Source: Candidatus Jordarchaeia archaeon (GTDB lineage Archaea; Asgardarchaeota; Jordiarchaeia; Jordiarchaeales; Jordiarchaeaceae). From it: a DNA stretch of 20,056 nt. Every line of letters begins with the position of its first letter. Position 1 is the stretch's first letter. Position numbers and translations under genes: made by a program. The stretch spans positions 1 to 20,056 of the forward strand of contig JAHQXB010000049.1 in NCBI GenBank assembly GCA_029856435.1, in the 5' to 3' direction. The notes under the pieces were generated by a model. The model saw only the letters and a program-made list of their open reading frames with translations, was not told where the DNA came from and ran no database searches. Shown here in pieces: positions 17,284-20,056 of the stretch.

Positions 17284-17553
17284 TTATTTTTCGGGAATAG
17301 AAATTGTGAGGGCATCCTTAGGGCAGACCTCTATACAGGATTTGCACGAGGGATAAGTGCACATGACGCGGAAGGTCGAAACAATGATCCAGTCTCTTGG
17401 GGGTTTTCCCGGCTCCGGAATTTCTACTGGTCTATATGCTAAAACGCAATAGGGGCAAGCCTTTATGCACTTCAAACATGCGGCTGGGTCTCCACACTTT
17501 TCCTTATTATACTTTATTATTGGTCTTATGGTTACCAATACGAGTTTCACCAC
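17284..17553 (-). CDS. Small 4Fe-4S ferredoxin-like protein
   Basis: Two Cys clusters with atypical spacing, CGDPAACLKCIKACP and CTYPSCKSCIEVCP. Overlaps the upstream stop. Alternative TTG start at 17538. Confidence 0.85.
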   Translation of the reverse strand: MVKLVLVTIRPIIKYNKEKCGDPAACLKCIKACPYCVLAYRPVEIPEPGKPPRDWIIVSTFRVMCTYPSCKSCIEVCPKDALTISIPEK

Positions 17554-18431
17554 ACATTCTTTAATTGGGGAATTTCTTCACGCGGTACAAGTTTTATGGC
17601 ATCATTTGGACAGGCGGTGCGGCACAGTCCGCAGCCCCAACACTGCATTTGGTTCACGTGTACTTTGCCTGTGGTGGGAGAAAATTTTAGGGCTCCAAAA
17701 ATGCACCTTGTCTGACAACGGGGCGCGCCACCACATCCATTGCAATCAAGGGTATTTACGAGAGCCACATACTCCCCCTTTTTGAATACTTCGTCTACAT
17801 TGTAATGGAATCTGGCTCTGATTGCAATGCAGTAGGGATAATCACAATTGCAAAGCATAGTTGGAACCGGTGCTGGGCACCAGAAAATTCCATGAACCAA
17901 TCCTTCCCCGTCTAGTTCCCTCAAAATCCTTTTAGCCTCATCCTTGGAAACCATCTTGTTGGGCTTATCCCAGGACCCAATATTTTTCTGTAGGGGTTCC
18001 GCCGCCGGCCTCAGAAACATGCAACACATTTTCTCCCTCCCCCCATAATACTTCCGGCATATGCAAGGAAGAACAAAAATGTCTCCCTCATTCAAATCAA
18101 TTATTTTTTCCGCATCTTCAAGAGGAACCACCTGTCCCGCAACTGCCTGCTCCATCATGGCGGGTATTTGTTCACGCATAACACGCGCAGAGTCATCATG
18201 TAAATCTGGAAAAACATCGTCCACCTTTTCACCCAAACCCACATCCACTTTGAACCGCTGTGCAGTAGTCATAATCTCCTGAATAGTACCCTTCAAGCCA
18301 AAAAGCTGCCCCAGCAAAGTATCCTCCATTCTAACCCTAGTTGACTCGCCACGTATCACCTCATCACTGTAGTTCCTCGGATTTAAATACCACTTTTTTC
18401 CATCTCCATACTTTATACAATACTTACACAT
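17547..18431 (-). CDS. 4Fe-4S dicluster domain protein with extra Cys motifs
   Basis: C-terminal CNGCGGAPRCQTRC and CWGCGLCRTACP, internal CICR, CC and CNCDYPYC, N-terminal MCKYC...GKKWYL. GGGAG RBS favours ATG 18431 (the track opens at 18473). Confidence 0.85.
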   Translation of the reverse strand: MCKYCIKYGDGKKWYLNPRNYSDEVIRGESTRVRMEDTLLGQLFGLKGTIQEIMTTAQRFKVDVGLGEKVDDVFPDLHDDSARVMREQIPAMMEQAVAGQVVPLEDAEKIIDLNEGDIFVLPCICRKYYGGREKMCCMFLRPAAEPLQKNIGSWDKPNKMVSKDEAKRILRELDGEGLVHGIFWCPAPVPTMLCNCDYPYCIAIRARFHYNVDEVFKKGEYVALVNTLDCNGCGGAPRCQTRCIFGALKFSPTTGKVHVNQMQCWGCGLCRTACPNDAIKLVPREEIPQLKNVW

Positions 18432-18553
18432 ATTCTCCCTATCCCTATTCAGGTTCTTAAAAAATAAACACATTATAACAAATAAAATTTATGTATCTAC
18501 ATAATGTTTCCAAAATATAAATATTAATACAATAAGGTGATAAAGCCCTATTA

Positions 18554-18681
18554 TAGACTTTCCATTTAATTTTTTCCTTTTCGCTTCCAGAAAGTATGGT
18601 TTTTCCGCCTCTTTTGGGGAAAGAAGCCTTAAATAGCCCCGGTCAAGGATAGGTTTAGGAAAAAATTAATGAGAAACTCTA
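18554..18681 (-). mobile_element. MITE-like element, family A, copy 2 (128 bp)
   Basis: Reverse complement matches 4970-5099 with about 7 substitutions and a 2-nt indel. TA on both sides (18552-18553, 18682-18683). Flanks are unrelated to those of copy 1. Confidence 0.8.
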
Positions 18682-18764
18682 TAGTGTCCAAAATCAAGTA
18701 GAATAAATGTGGATAAGAGCCCACAAAATACTAGTTGAAAAAAGATGTTTGAAGGGTAAGGAAA

Positions 18765-19295
18765 TTAGCCTCTGAATTTTTTCAGTATCTCCCTTGCAAA
18801 TATTCGCGCTCTTTCTATTCGTGAAGCGTCAGGTTGACCCAAAGTCTTGTCACGCAGTTCTCCAAAAGTACGCAGTTTGGGATCCTCCTGCTTCTTCAAA
18901 AAATTCGCAATTTGCTCACTAAGCTCACCCTGACAGTCAAAGAACCCTACCAAGTTTGCTCCCGCTGCAGGCTCCTTGCACCTGGCAAGCCACCCCTGAA
19001 ATTCCTCGAAGTCCAAACCATACCCCTTAAAATCTTCCTTCTTGTCGGGTGCAGCGTGAGTTACAAACAAAGCAATGTTTTTTCCTTTAGCGTTTTTCTC
19101 CAAGAACTTTTTAGCTGGTGCAGCGGGTCCAAACGCGTTAATGGGAAAGCCGATGAAAGCAAGGTCGTAGCCCTCAAGACTTTCAACCTCATCCAATTTT
19201 TTGAGCTCCTTCTCCCCCTTGATTTCTTCAAAAATGGCTTCCGCAACCTTTTTGGTATTCCCAGTCTGAGTCCAGTAAGACACCAAAACCTTCAA
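18765..19295 (-). CDS. Flavodoxin-family protein
   Basis: KVLVSYWTQTGNTKKVAEAI FMN-binding loop, YDLAFIGFP and KNIALFVT. GGAGG RBS favours TTG 19295 (the track opens at 19301). Confidence 0.9.
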   Translation of the reverse strand: MKVLVSYWTQTGNTKKVAEAIFEEIKGEKELKKLDEVESLEGYDLAFIGFPINAFGPAAPAKKFLEKNAKGKNIALFVTHAAPDKKEDFKGYGLDFEEFQGWLARCKEPAAGANLVGFFDCQGELSEQIANFLKKQEDPKLRTFGELRDKTLGQPDASRIERARIFAREILKKFRG

Positions 19296-19899
19296 ACACA
19301 AACCTCCTATTCGAAAAACATGTTAATAAAAGAGATAAAGTTAGCAGGGCATAAAAAGTTTTAGTGTATTTTTATGATTTGTGGGATTGATAGGTCTTCT
19401 TCAGAAAAAGGATTTAGGCTTCAACGTAAAAATAGCTCTAAAAATGCTCCTTTCGGCGAAGGGATGCGCTAATTAGAAGTATTCTGAATCACATGTGCGT
19501 CTGAAAGGCTAATCAGAGGTGTCCCCCAGCGACCATTAAACGAAAAACTTTTACTCCCAGTTTGCTTAGTCCTGTTCCGCCAAACTTTTGTTGAGAACTA
19601 TTGAAATGTGAAGGTACGAAGGGATTTACCAAGATTAGGAGAAGTTGTGATTGGTTTCTACAGTGTCTATTTTTTAGGTAATTGCATTAATGCTATCCCT
19701 ATAGAACTTTAAAATCATTGTAGAGCTTGTTCAGAAACCCGGATGCATGTGTCAAAAAATTTCAAGCCACTTGAGTGGAATAGTAATTGCTGTAAAATTT
19801 ATAATTTTTACAAAAAATATAAATTTTATGGCCTTAGGAATTTGGGTTGGGTTCTACTCTATGTAGATATTCATAGAATTACATAGATTTGGGGCTTCA

Positions 19900-20056
19900 T
19901 AGTGTCATGCGGCGGCCTCGCGAGTTCATCAGCCGCCTTCCACTCCAACCCGGTCAGGGTGGACCCGCTCCCCACCTTCACGAATCCACGTCTCCGCTTC
20001 TTCACTGACCACTTCTCCTGCGGGTGTTGTCGCCAACGCCGTGAGGAGTGCAGGAG
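19900..20056 (-). other. GC-rich segment cut by the window edge; possible transposase remnant
   Basis: Abrupt rise in GC after an AT-rich stretch. One minus frame reads QEKWSVKKRRRGFVKV, loosely like the EKW..RRG.xKxH stretch of archaeal IS5/IS903-group transposases. Confidence 0.2.

Noticed and set aside
19330-19900. Long AT-rich gap as a degraded gene
   Set aside because: All frames are broken by stops and there is no recognisable motif.

Overview
This is an archaeal window, most likely from an Asgard archaeon (inferred from a Bet3/TRAPP-like V4R gene, a roadblock/longin-like plus winged-helix gene, and strong GGAGG/GGTGA ribosome-binding sites with frequent TTG/GTG starts). Recognisable intact genes encode an HDAC-family deacetylase, an aspartase/class II fumarase-family lyase, an acyl-CoA ligase, a Tam-like SAM methyltransferase, an extended SDR with a C-terminal Zn ribbon, pyruvate kinase, a CooC-type ATPase, two 4Fe-4S proteins and a flavodoxin. 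An ECF transporter module (EcfT plus a double-ATPase EcfA) is a decayed pseudogene. Several features lie outside the ORF track. These are a coupled roadblock/longin-wHTH plus Bet3-like gene pair, a ~200-nt highly structured segment resembling an orphan TnpB omega-RNA/IS right end, two small RBS-led ORFs, and three unrelated MITE-like element types (one in two copies, one inserted into ecfA with a target duplication). A CooC operon carries a probably inactive PD-(D/E)xK/wHTH protein and no catalytic Ni enzyme, and kb-scale GT/AC skew switches occur inside genes. All family calls come from motif recognition by eye; no database search was run.
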